In this document: positions 10,733 through 24,507 of the stretch, piece by piece
How positions within the stretch are numbered: the first letter of the stretch is position 1
Layout of the letters: every line of letters begins with the position of its first letter
Source of the DNA: the human T2T-CHM13v2.0 reference genome, Homo sapiens
Length of the DNA: 64,000 bases
Strand: one strand, 5' to 3'
Assembly: GCF_009914755.1 (NCBI RefSeq)
Contig: NC_060928.1
The notes under the pieces: model-generated
Databases searched by the model: none
What the model was told of the DNA's origin: nothing
Seen by the model: the letters and a program-made list of their open reading frames with translations, nothing else
Program-made: the position numbers and the translations under genes

Positions 10733-13700
10733 CATTCTCAGAAACTTCTTTGTGTTGTGTGTACTCAAGTAACAGTGTTGAACCTTCCTTTTGACACAGC
10801 AGTTTTGAAACACTCTTTTGGTAGAATCTGCAAGTGGATATTTGGATAGCTTTGAGGATTTCGTTGGAAACGGGTTATCTTCATATAAAATCCAGACAGG
10901 AGCATTCTCAGAAACTTCTTTGTGCTGCATGTCCTCAATTCACAGAGCTGAACCTTTGTTTGGATACAGCATTTTGGAAACATTCCTTTAGTAGAATCTG
11001 CAAGTTGATATTTAGATAGCTTTGAAGATTTCGTTGGAAACGGGAATATCTTCATAGAAAATCTAGACGGAAGCATTCTCAGAAACTGCTTTGTGATGTT
11101 TGCATTCAAGTCACAGAGTTGAATATTCCCTTTTATAGAGTAGGTTTGAAACACTCTTTCGGCACTACCTGGAAGTGGATATTTCGAGCTCTTTGAGGCC
11201 TATGGTTAAAAGGAAATATCTTCCCATAAAAACTAGACAGAAGCCGTCTCAGAAACTTGTTTGTGATGTGTGTATTCAACTACCAGAGTTGAACATTTCT
11301 GTTACAGAGCAATTTTAAAACACTCTTTTTGTGGAATCTGAAAGTGGATAATTGGATAGCTTTGTGGATTTCGTTGGAAACGGGATGACGTATAAAATCT
11401 AGAGAGAAGCATTCTCAGGAACTTCTTTGTGATGTTTGCATTCAAGTCACAGAATTGAACATTCCTTTTCATAGTGCAGGTTTGAAACACTCTTTCTGTA
11501 GTATCTGGAAGTGGACATTTCAAGCGCTTTCAGGCCTACGGGGAGAAAGGAAATATCTTCAAATAAAAACTAGACAGAAGGATTCTCAGAAACTTATTTG
11601 TGATGTGTGTCCTAAACGAACACAGTTGAACCTTTGTTTTGATACAGCATTTTGGAAACACTCCTTTTGTAGGATCTGCAGGTGGATATTTGGATAGATT
11701 TTAAGATTTCGTTGGAAACGGGAGTTTCTTCATAGAAACTCAAGACAGATGCATTCTCAGAAACATCTCTGTGATGTTTGCATTCCACTCATAGAGTTGA
11801 AAACTTCCTTTCATAGAGCAGGTTTGAAACACTCTTTTTGTAATATTTGGAAGTGGACATTTGCAGCGCTTTGAGGCCTATGGTGAAAAAGGAAATATCT
11901 TCTCATAAAAACCAGAAACAAGCATTCTCAGAAACTTCTTTTTGATGTGTGTACTCAAGTAACAGAGTTGAACCTTCCTTTTGACACAGCAGTTTTGAAA
12001 CAATCTTTTTGTAGAATCTGCAAGTGGATATTTGGATAGCTTTGAGGATTTCGTTGGAAACGGGATATCTTCATATAAAATCTAGACAGAAGCATTCTCA
12101 GAAACTTCTTTGTGCTGTATGTCCTCAATTAACAGAGTTGAACCATTGCTTGGATACAGCATTTTGGAAACATTCCTTGAGTAGAATCTGCAAGTTGATA
12201 TTTAGATAGATTTGAAGATTTCGTTGGAAAAGGGAATATCTCCATATAAAATCTAGAGGGAAGCATTCTCAGAAACTGCTTTGTGATGTTTCCATTCAAG
12301 TCACAGAGTTGAATATTCCCTTTTATAGAGCACGTTTGAAACACTCTTTCTGCACTATCTGGAAGTGGACATTTCGAGCGCTTTGAGGCCTATGGTGAAA
12401 AAGGAAATATCTTCCCATAAAAACTAGACAGAAGCATTCTCAGAAACTTGTTTGTGATGTGTGTATTCAACTAACAGAGTTGAACTTTTGTTTTTACAGA
12501 GCCGTTTTAAAACACTCTTTTTGTGGAATCAGAAAGTGGATATTCGGATGGCTCTGAGGATTTCGTTGGAAGCGGGATTACATATAAAATCTAGAGAGAA
12601 GCATTCTCAGGAACTTCTTTGTGATGTTTGCATTGAAGTCACAGAATTGAACATTCACTTTGATAGAGCAGGTTTGAAACACTCATTCTGTAGTATCTGG
12701 AAGTGGACATTTCAAGCGCTTTCAGGCCTATGGTGAAAAAGGAAATATCTTTGAATAAAAACTAGACAGAAGCATCCTCAGAAACTTATTTGTGATGTGT
12801 GTCCTCAACTAACAGAGTTGAACCTTGGTTTTGATACAGCATTTTGGAAACACTCCTTTTGTAGAATCTGCAGGTGGATATGTGGATAGCTCTGAAGATT
12901 TCGTTGGAAACGGGAATTTCTTCATATAAAATCAAACAGAAGCATTCTCAGAAACTTCTCAGTGATGTTTGCATTCAGCTCATGGAGTTGAACACTTCCT
13001 TTCATAGAGCCGATTTGAAACACTCTTTCTGCACTACCTGGAAGAGGCCATTTCGAGCGCTTTGAGTCCTATGGTGAAAAAGGAAATATCTTCTCATAAA
13101 AACCAGAAAGAAGCATTCTCAGAAACTTCTTTGTGTTGTGTGTACTCATGTAACAGTGTTGAACCATCCTTTTGACAGAGCAGTTTTGAAACACTCTTTT
13201 TGTAGAATCTGCAAGTGGATATTTGGATAGCTTTGAGGATTTCGTTGGAAACGGGATGACATATAATATCTAGAGAGAAGCATTCTCAGGAACTTCTTTG
13301 TGCTGTTTGCATTCAAGTCACAGAATTGAACATTCCCTTTCATAGAGCAGATTTGAAACACTCTTTCTCTAGTATCTGGAAGTGGGCATTTCAAGCGCTT
13401 TCAGGCCTATTGAGAGAAAGGAAATACCTTCAAATAAAAACTAGACAGAAGCATTCTCAGAAACTTATTTGTGATGTGTGTCCTCAACTAACAGAGTTGA
13501 ACCTTTGTTTTGATACAGCATTTTGGAAACACTCCTTTTGTAGAATCTGCAGGTGGATATTTGGATAGCTTTGAAGATTTCGTTGGAAACCGGAATATCT
13601 TCATATAAAATCAAGACAGAAGCATTCTCGGAAACATCTCTGTGATGTTTGCATTCAACTCAGTAGAGTTGAACACTTCCTTTCATAGAGCCGGTTTGAA

Positions 13701-13794
13701 ACACTCTTTCTGCACTACCTGGAAGCGGACATTTCGAGCGCTTTGAGGCCTATGGTGAAAAAGGAAATATCTTCTCATAAAAACCAGAAAGAAG
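10733..13794 (+). repeat. HOR unit 4, 18-mer variant (M13/14 fusion)
   Basis: 3062 bp = 3232 - 170; monomer at 12773 begins catcctc (M13) and ends gatagctctgaag...aaatcaaacagaag (M14). Confidence 0.95.
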
Positions 13795-16700
13795 CATTCT
13801 CAGAAACTTCTTTGTGTTGTGTGTACTCAAGTAACAGTGTTGAACCTTCCTTTTGACACAGCAGTTTTGAAACACTCTTTTGGTAGAATCTGCAAGTGGA
13901 TATTTGGATAGCTTTGAGGATTTCGTTGGAAACGGGTTATCTTCATATAAAATCCAGACAGGAGCATTCTCAGAAACTTCTTTGTGCTGCATGTCCTCAA
14001 TTCACAGAGCTGAACCTTTGTTTGGATACAGCATTTTGGAAACATTCCTTTAGTAGAATCTGCAAGTTGATATTTAGATAGCTTTGAAGATTTCGTTGGA
14101 AACGGGAATATCTTCATAGAAAATCTAGACGGAAGCATTCTCAGAAACTGCTTTGTGATGTTTGCATTCAAGTCACAGAGTTGAATATTCCCTTTTATAG
14201 AGTAGGTTTGAAACACTCTTTCGGCACTAGCTGGAAGTGGATATTTCGAGCTCTTTGAGGCCTATGGTTAAAAGGAAATATCTTCCCATAAAAACTAGAC
14301 AGAAGCCGTCTCAGAAACTTGTTTGTGATGTGTGTATTCAACTACCAGAGTTGAACATTTCTGTTACAGAGCAATTTTAAAACACTCTTTTTGTGGAATC
14401 TGAAAGTGGATAATTGGATAGCTTTGTGGATTTCGTTGGAAACGGGATGACGTATAAAATCTAGAGAGAAGCATTCTCAGGAACTTCTTTGTGATGTTTG
14501 CATTCAAGTCACAGAATTGAACATTCCTTTTCATAGTGCAGGTTTGAAACACTCTTTCTGTAGTATCTGGAAGTGGACATTTCAAGCGCTTTCAGGCCTA
14601 CGGGGAGAAAGGAAATATCTTCAAATAAAAACTAGACAGAAGGATTCTCAGAAACTTATTTGTGATGTGTGTCCTAAACGAACACAGTTGAACCTTTGTT
14701 TAGATACAGCATTTTGGAAACACTCCTTTTGTAGGATCTGCAGGTGGATATTTGGATAGATTTTAAGATTTCGTTGGAAACGGGAGTTTCTTCATAGAAA
14801 CTCAAGACAGATGCATTCTCAGAAACATCTCTGTGATGTTTGCATTCCACTCATAGAGTTGAAAACTTCCTTTCATAGAGCAGGTTTGAAACACTCTTTT
14901 TGTAATATTTGGAAGTGGACATTTGCAGCGCTTTGAGGCCTATGGTGAAAAAGGAAATATCTTCTCATAAAAACCAGAAACAAGCATTCTCAGAAACTTC
15001 TTTTTGATGTGTGTACTCAAGTAACAGAGTTGAACCTTCCTTTTGACACAGCAGTTTTGAAACAATCTTTTTGTAGAATCTGCAAGTGGATATTTGGATA
15101 GCTTTGAGGATTTCGTTGGAAACGGGATATCTTCATATAAAATCTAGACAGAAGCATTCTCAGAAACTTCTTTGTGCTGTATGTCCTCAATTAACAGAGT
15201 TGAACCATTGCTTGGATACAGCATTTTGGAAACATTCCTTTAGTAGAATCTGCAAGTTGATATTGAGATAGATTTGAAGATTTCGTTGGAAAAGGGAATA
15301 TCTCCATATAAAATCTAGACGGAAGCATTCTCAGAAACTGCTTTGTGATGTTTCCATTCAAGTCACAGAGTTGAATATTCCCTTTTATAGAGCACGTTTG
15401 AAACACTCTTTCTGCACTATCTGGAAGTGGACATTTCGAGCGCTTTGAGGCCTATGGTGAAAAAGGAAATATCTTCCCATAAAAATTAGACAGAAGCATT
15501 CTCAGAAACTTGTTTGTGATGTGTGTATTCAACTAACAGAGTTGAACTTTTGTTTTTACAGAGCCGTTTTAAAACACTCTTTTTGTGGAATCAGAAAGTG
15601 GATATTCGGATGGCTCTGAGGATTTCGTTGGAAGCGGGATTACATATAAAATCTAGAGAGAAGCATTCTCAGGAACTTCTTTGTGATGTTTGCATTGAAG
15701 TCACAGAATTGAACATTCACTTTGATAGAGCAGGTTTGAAACACTCATTCTGTAGTATCTGGAAGTGGACATTTCAAGCGCTTTCAGGCCTATGGTGAAA
15801 AAGGAAATATCTTCGAATAAAAACTAGACAGAAGCATCCTCAGAAACTTATTTGTGATGTGTGTCCTCAACTAACAGAGTTGAACCTTGGTTTTGATACA
15901 GCATTTTGGAAACACTCTTTTTGTAGAATCTGCAGGTGGATATTTGGATAGCTTAGAGGGATTCGTTGGAAAGGGGATATCTTCATATAAAATCTAGACA
16001 GAAGCATTCTCAGAAACTTATTTGTGATGTGTGTCCTCAACTAACAGAGTTGAACCTTGGTTTTGATACAGCATTTTGGAAACGCTCCTTTTGTAGAATC
16101 TGCAGGTGGATATGTGGATAGCTCTGAAGATTTCGTTGGAAACGGGAATTTCTTCATATAAAATCAAACAGAAGCATTCTCAGAAACTTCTCAGTGATGT
16201 TTGCATTCAGCTCATGGAGTTGAACACTTCCTTTCATAGAGCCGGTTTGAAACACTCTTTCTGCACTACCTGGAAGAGGACATTTCGAGCGCTTTGAGTC
16301 CTATGGTGAAAAAGGAAATATCTTCTCATAAAAACCAGAAAGAAGCATTCTCAGAAACTTCTTTGTGTTGTGTGTACTCATGTAACAGTGTTGAACCATC
16401 CTTTTGACAGAGCAGTTTTGAAACACTCTTTTTGTAGAATCTGCAAGTGGATATTTGGATAGCTTTGAGGATTTCGTTGGAAACGGGATGACATATAATA
16501 TCTAGAGAGAAGCATTCTCAGGAACTTCTTTGTGATGTTTGCATTCAAGTCACAGAATTGAACATTCCCTTTCATAGAGCAGGTTTGAAACACTCTTTCT
16601 CTAGTATCTGGAAGTGGGCATTTCAAGCGCTTTCAGGCCTATGGAGAGAAAGGAAATACCTTCAAATAAAAACTAGACAGAAGCATTCTCAGAAACTTAT

Positions 16701-17026
16701 TTGTGATGTGTGTCCTCAACTAACAGAGTTGAACCTTTGTTTTGATACAGCATTTTGGGAACACTCCTTTTGTAGAATCTGCAGGTGGATATTTGGATAA
16801 CTTTGAAGATTTCGTTGGAAACCGGAATATCTTCATATAAAATCAAGACAGAAGCATTCTCGGAAACATCTCTGTGATGTTTGCATTCAACTCAGTAGAG
16901 TTGAACACTTCCTTTCATAGAGCCGGTTTGAAACACTCTTTCTGCACTACCTGGAAGCGGACATTTCGAGCGCTTTGAGGCCTATGGTGAAAAAGGAAAT
17001 ATCTTCTCATAAAAACCAGAAAGAAG
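13795..17026 (+). repeat. HOR unit 5, 19-mer, haplotype X
   Basis: 3232 bp; M9 gatattgagatag, M10 aaaaattag, M13 aaccttgg, M14 aacgctcc. Confidence 0.93.
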
Positions 17027-20000
17027 CATTCTCAGAAACTTCTTTGTGTTGTGTGTACTCAGGTAACAGTGTTGAACCTTCCTTTTGACACAGCAGTTTT
17101 GAAACACTCTTTTGGTAGAATCTGCAAGTGGATATTTGGATAGCTTTGAGGATTTCGTTGGAAACGGGTTATCTTCATATAAAATCCAGACAGGAGCATT
17201 CTCAGAAACTTCTTTGTGCTGCATGTCCTCAATTCACAGAGCTGAACCTTTGTTTGGATACAGCATTTTGGAAACATTCCTTTAGTAGAATCTGCAAGTT
17301 GATATTTAGATAGCTTTGAAGATTTCGTTGGAAACGGGAATATCTTCATAGAAAATCTAGACGGAAGCATTCTCAGAAACTGCTTTGTGATGTTTGCATT
17401 CAAGTCACAGAGTTGAATATTCCCTTTTATAGAGTAGGTTTGAAACACTCTTTCGGCACTAGCTGGAAGTGGATATTTCGAGCTCTTTGAGGCCTATGGT
17501 TAAAAGGAAATATCTTCCCATAAAAACTAGACAGAAGCCGTCTCAGAAACTTGTTTGTGATGTGTGTATTCAACTACCAGAGTTGAACATTTCTGTTACA
17601 GAGCAATTTTAAAACACTCTTTTTGTGGAATCTGAAAGTGGATAATTGGATAGCTTTGTGGATTTCGTTGGAAACGGGATGACGTATAAAATCTAGAGAG
17701 AAGCATTCTCAGGAACTTCTTTCTGATGTTTGCATTCAAGTCACAGAATTGAACATTCCTTTTCATAGTGCAGGTTTGAAACACTCTTTCTGTAGTATCT
17801 GGAAGTGGACATTTCAAGCGCTTTCAGGCCTACGGGGAGAAAGGAAATATCTTCAAATAAAAACTAGACAGAAGGATTCTCAGAAACTTATTTGTGATGT
17901 GTGTCCTAAACGAACACAGTTGAACCTTTGTTTTGATACAGCATTTTGGAAACACTCCTTTTGTAGGATCTGCAGGTGGATATTTGGATAGATTTTAAGA
18001 TTTCGTTGGAAACGGGAATTTCTTCATAGAAACTCAAGACAGATGCATTCTCAGAAACATCTCTGTGATGTTTGCATTCCACTCATAGAGTTGAAAACTT
18101 CCTTTCATAGAGCAGGTTTGAAACACTCTTTTTGTAATATTTGGAAGTGGACATTTGCAGCGCTTCGAGGCCTATGGTGAAAAAGGAAATATCTTCTCAT
18201 AAAAACCAGAAACAAGCATTCTCAGAAACTTCTTTTTGATGTGTGTACTCAAGTAACAGAGTTGAACCTTCCTTTTGACACAGCAGTTTTGAAACAATCT
18301 TTTTGTAGAATCTGCAAGTGGATATTTGGATAGCTTTGAGGATTTCGTTGGAAACGGGATATCTTCATATAAAATCTAGACAGAAGCATTCTCAGAAACT
18401 TCTTTGTGCTGTATGTCCTCAATTAACAGAGTTGAACCATTGCTTGGATACAGCATTTTGGAAACATTCCTTGAGTAGAATCTGCAAGTTGATATTTAGA
18501 TAGATTTGAAGATTTCGTTGGAAAAGGGAATATCTCCATATAAAATCTAGAGGGAAGCATTCTCAGAAACTGCTTTGTGATGTTTCCATTCAAGTCACAG
18601 AGTTGAATATTCCCTTTTATAGAGCACGTTTGAAACACTCTTTCTGCACTATCTGGAAGTGGACATTTCGAGCGCTTTGAGGCCTATGGTGAAAAAGGAA
18701 ATATCTTCCCATAAAAACTAGACAGAAGCATTCTCAGAAACTTGTTTGTGATGTGTGTATTCAACTAACAGAGTTGAACTTTTGTTTTTACAGAGCCGTT
18801 TTAAAACACTCTTTTTGTGGAATCAGAAAGTGGATATTCGGATGGCTCTGAGGATTTCGTTGGAAGCGGGATTACATATAAAATCTAGAGAGAAGCATTC
18901 TCAGGAACTTCTTTGTGATGTTTGCATTGAAGTCACAGAATTGAACATTCACTTTGATAGAGCAGGTTTGAAACACTCATTCTGTAGTATCTGGAAGTGG
19001 ACATTTCAAGCGCTTTCAGGCCTATGGTGAGAAAGGAAATATCTTCGAATAAAAACTAGACAGAAGCATCCTCAGAAACTTATTTGTGATGTGTGTCCTC
19101 AACTAACAGAGTTGAAACTTTGTTTTGATACAGCATTTTGGAAACACTCTTTTTGTAGAATCTGCAGGTGGATATTTGGATAGCTTAGAGGGATTCGTTG
19201 GAAAGGGGATATCTTCATATAAAATCTAGACAGAAGCATTCTCAGAAACTTATTTGTGATGTGTGTCCTCAACTAACAGAGTTGAACCTTGGTTTTGATA
19301 CAGCATTTTGGAAACACTCCTTTTGTAGAATCTGCAGGTGGATATGTGGATAGCTCTGAAGATTTCGTTGGAAACGGGAATTTCTTCATATAAAATCAAA
19401 CAGAAGCATTCTCAGAAACTTCTCAGTGATGTTTGCATTCAGCTCATGGAGTTGAACACTTCCTTTCATAGAGCCGGTTTGAAACACTCTTTCTGCACTA
19501 CCTGGAAGAGGACATTTCGAGCGCTTTGAGTCCTATGGTGAAAAAGGAAATATCTTCTCATAAAAACCAGAAAGAAGCATTCTCAGAAACTTCTTTGTGT
19601 TGTGTGTACTCATGTAACAGTGTTGAACCATCCTTTTGACAGAGCAGTTTTGAAACACTCTTTTTGTAGAATCTGCAAGTGGATATTTGGATAGCTTTGA
19701 GGATTTCGTTGGAAACGGGATGACATATAATATCTAGAGAGAAGCATTCTCAGGAACTTCTTTGTGATGTTTGCATTCAAGTCACAGAATTGAACATTCC
19801 CTTTCATAGAGCAGGTTTGAAACACTCTTTCTCTAGTATCTGGAAGTGGGCATTTCAAGCGCTTTCAGGCCTATGGAGAGAAAGGAAATACCTTCAAATA
19901 AAAACTAGACAGAAGCATTCTCAGAAACTTATTTGTGATGTGTGTCCTCAACTAACAGAGTTGAACCTTTGTTTTGATACAGCATTTTGGAAACACTCCT

Positions 20001-20258
20001 TTTGTAGAATCTGCAGGTGGATATTTGGATAACTTTGAAGATTTCGTTGGAAACCGGAATATCTTCATATAAAATCAAGACAGAAGCATTCTCGGAAACA
20101 TCTCTGTGATGTTTGCATTCAACTCAGTAGAGTTGAACACTTCCTTTCATAGAGCCGGTTTGAAACACTCTTTCTGCACTACCTGGAAGCGGACATTTCG
20201 AGCGCTTTGAGGCCTATGGTGAAAAAGGAAATATCTTCTCATAAAAACCAGAAAGAAG
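17027..20258 (+). repeat. HOR unit 6, 19-mer, haplotype Y
   Basis: 3232 bp; actcaggtaa, cactagctgg, ctttctgat, cgggaatttc in M6, cgcttcgagg. Confidence 0.93.
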
Positions 20259-23200
20259 CATTCTCAGAAACTTCTTTGTGTTGTGTGTACTCAAGTAACA
20301 GTGTTGAACCTTCCTTTTGACACAGCAGTTTTGAAACACTCTTTTGGTAGAATCTGCAAGTGGATATTTGGATAGCTTTGAGGATTTCGTTGGAAACGGG
20401 TTATCTTCATATAAAATCCAGACAGGAGCATTCTCAGAAACTTCTTTGTGCTGCATGTCCTCAATTCACAGAGCTGAACCTTTGTTTGGATACAGCATTT
20501 TGGAAACATTCCTTTAGTAGAATCTGCAAGTTGATATTTAGATAGCTTTGAAGATTTCGTTGGAAACGGGAATATCTTCATAGAAAATCTAGACGGAAGC
20601 ATTCTCAGAAACTGCTTTGTGATGTTTGCATTCAAGTCACAGAGTTGAATATTCCCTTTTATAGAGTAGGTTTGAAACACTCTTTCGGCACTACCTGGAA
20701 GTGGATATTTCGAGCTCTTTGAGGCCTATGGTTAAAAGGAAATATCTTCCCATAAAAACTAGACAGAAGCCGTCTCAGAAACTTGTTTGTGATGTGTGTA
20801 TTCAACTACCAGAGTTGAACATTTCTGTTACAGAGCAATTTTAAAACACTCTTTTTGTGGAATCTGAAAGTGGATAATTGGATAGCTTTGTGGATTTCGT
20901 TGGAAACGGGATGACGTATAAAATCTAGAGAGAAGCATTCTCAGGAACTTCTTTGTGATGTTTGCATTCAAGTCACAGAATTGAACATTCCTTTTCATAG
21001 TGCAGGTTTGAAACACTCTTTCTGTAGTATCTGGAAGTGGACATTTCAAGCGCTTTCAGGCCTACGGGGAGAAAGGAAATATCTTCAAATAAAAACTAGA
21101 CAGAAGGATTCTCAGAAACTTATTTGTGATGTGTGTCCTAAACGAACACAGTTGAACCTTTGTTTAGATACAGCATTTTGGAAACACTCCTTTTGTAGGA
21201 TCTGCAGGTGGATATTTGGATAGATTTTAAGATTTCGTTGGAAACGGGAGTTTCTTCATAGAAACTCAAGACAGATGCATTCTCAGAAACATCTCTGTGA
21301 TGTTTGCATTCCACTCATAGAGTTGAAAACTTCCTTTCATAGAGCAGGTTTGAAACACTCTTTTTGTAATATTTGGAAGTGGACATTTGCAGCGCTTTGA
21401 GGCCTATGGTGAAAAAGGAAATATCTTCTCATAAATACCAGAAACAAGCATTCTCAGAAACTTCTTTTTGATGTGTGTACTCAAGTAACAGAGTTGAACC
21501 TTCCTTTTGACACAGCAGTTTTGAAACAATCTTTTTGTAGAATCTGCAAGTGGATATTTGGATAGCTTTGAGGATTTCGTTGGAAACGGGATATCTTCAT
21601 ATAAAATCTAGACAGAAGCATTCTCAGAAACTTCTTTGTGCTGTATGTCCTCAATTAACAGAGTTGAACCATTGCTTGGATACAGCATTTTGGAAACATT
21701 CCTTTAGTAGAATCTGCAAGTTGATATTTAGATAGATTTGAAGATTTCGTTGGAAAAGGGAATATCTCCATATAAAATCTAGACGGAAGCATTCTCAGAA
21801 ACTGCTTTGTGATGTTTCCATTCAAGTCACAGAGTTGAATATTCCCTTTTATAGAGCACGTTTGAAACACTCTTTCTGCACTATCTGGAAGTGGACATTT
21901 CGAGCGCTTTGAGGCCTATGGTGAAAAAGGAAATATCTTCCCATAAAAATTAGACAGAAGCATTCTCAGAAACTTGTTTGTGATGTGTGTATTCAACTAA
22001 CAGGGTTGAACTTTTGATTTTACAGAGCCGTTTTAAAACACTCTTTTTGTGGAATCAGAAAGTGGATATTCGGATGGCTCTGAGGATTTCGTTGGAAGCG
22101 GGATTACATATGAAATCTAGAGAGAAGCATTCTCAGGAACTTCTTTGTGATGTTTGCATTGAAGTCACAGAATTGAACATTCACTTTGATAGAGCAGGTT
22201 TGAAACACTCATTCTGTAGTATCTGGAAGTGGACATTTCAAGCGCTTTCAGGCCTATGGTGAAAAAGGAAATATCTTCGAATAAAAACTAGACAGAAGCA
22301 TCCTCAGAAACTTATTTGTGATGTGTGTCCTCAACTAAAAGAGTTGAAACTTTGTTTTGATACAGCATTTTGGAAACACTCTTTTTGTAGAATCTGCAGG
22401 TGGATATGTGGATAGCTCTGAAGATTTCGTTGGAAACGGGAATTTCTTCATATAAAATCAAACAGAAGCATTCTCAGAAACTTCTCAGTGATGTTTGCAT
22501 TCAGCTCATGGAGTTGAACACTTCCTTTCATAGAGCCGGTTTGAAACACTCTTTCTGCACTACCTGGAAGAGGCCATTTCGAGCGCTTTGAGTCCTATGG
22601 TGAAAAAGGAAATATCTTCTCATAAAAACCAGAAAGAAGCATTCTCAGAAACTTCTTTGTGTTGTGTGTACTCATGTAACAGTGTTGAACCATCCTTTTG
22701 ACAGAGCAGTTTTGAAACACTCTTTTTGTAGAATCTGCAAGTGGATATTTGGATAGCTTTGAGGATTTCGTTGGAAACGGGATGACATATAATATCTAGA
22801 GAGAAGCATTCTCAGGAACTTCTTTGTGCTGTTTGCATTCAAGTCACAGAATTGAATATTCCCTTTTATAGAGCAGATTTGAAACACTCTTTCTCTAGTA
22901 TCTGGAAGTGGGCATTTCAAGCGCTTTCAGGCCTATTGAGAGAAAGGAAATACCTTCAAATAAAAACTAGACAGAAGCATTCTCAGAAACTTGTTTGTGA
23001 TGTGTGTATTCAACTAACAGAGTTGAACTTTTGTTTTTACAGAGCCGTTTTAAAACACTCTTTTTGTGGAATCAGAAAGTGGATATTCGGATGGCTCTGA
23101 GGATTTCGTTGGAAGCGGGATTACATATAAAATCTAGAGAGAAGCATTCTCAGGAACTTCTTTGTGATGTTTGCATTGAAGTCACAGAATTGAACATTCA

Positions 23201-24507
23201 CTTTGATAGAGCAGGTTTGAAACACTCATTCTGTAGTATCTGGAAGTGGACATTTCAAGCGCTTTCAGGCCTATGGTGAGAAAGGAAATATCTTCGAATA
23301 AAAACTAGACAGAAGCATCCTCAGAAACTTATTTGTGATGTGTGTCCTCAACTAACAGAGTTGAAACTTTGTTTTGATACAGCATTTTGGAAACACTCTT
23401 TTTGTAGAATCTGCAGGTGGATATTTGGATAGCTTAGAGGGATTCGTTGGAAAGGGGATATCTTCATATAAAATCTAGACAGAAGCATTCTCAGAAACTT
23501 ATTTGTGATGTGTGTCCTCAACTAACAGAGTTGAACCTTGGTTTTGATACAGCATTTTGGAAACACTCCTTTTGTAGAATCTGCAGGTGGATATGTGGAT
23601 AGCTCTGAAGATTTCGTTGGAAACGGGAATTTCTTCATATAAAATCAAACAGAAGCATTCTCAGAAACTTCTCAGTGATGTTTGCATTCAGCTCATGGAG
23701 TTGAACACTTCCTTTCATAGAGCCGGTTTGAAACACTCTTTCTGCACTACCTGGAAGAGGACATTTCGAGCGCTTTGAGTCCTATGGTGAAAAAGGAAAT
23801 ATCTTCTCATAAAAACCAGAAAGAAGCATTCTCAGAAACTTCTTTGTGTTGTGTGTACTCATGTAACAGTGTTGAACCATCCTTTTGACAGAGCAGTTTT
23901 GAAACACTCTTTTTGTAGAATCTGCAAGTGGATATTTGGATAGCTTTGAGGATTTCGTTGGAAACGGGATGACATATAATATCTAGAGAGAAGCATACTC
24001 AGGAACTTCTTTGTGATGTTTGCATTCAAGTCACAGAATTGAACATTCCCTTTCATAGAGCAGGTTTGAAACACTCTTTCTCTAGTATCTGGAAGTGGGC
24101 ATTTCAAGCGCTTTCAGGCCTATGGAGAGAAAGGAAATACCTTCAAATAAAAACTAGACAGAAGCATTCTCAGAAACTTATTTGTGATGTGTGTCCTCAA
24201 CTAACAGAGTTGAACCTTTGTTTTGATACAGCATTTTGGAAACACTCCTTTTGTAGAATCTGCAGGTGGATATTTGGATAACTTTGAAGATTTCGTTGGA
24301 AACCGGAATATCTTCATATAAAATCAAGACAGAAGCATTCTCGGAAACATCTCTGTGATGTTTGCATTCAACTCAGTAGAGTTGAACACTTCCTTTCATA
24401 GAGCAGGTTTGAAACACTCTTTCTGCACTACCTGGAAGCGGACATTTCGAGCGCTTTGAGGCCTATGGTGAAAAAGGAAATATCTTCTCATAAAAACCAG
24501 AAAGAAG
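20259..24507 (+). repeat. HOR unit 7, 25-mer variant
   Basis: 4249 bp; extra 6-mer at 21961-22977. Confidence 0.95.
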
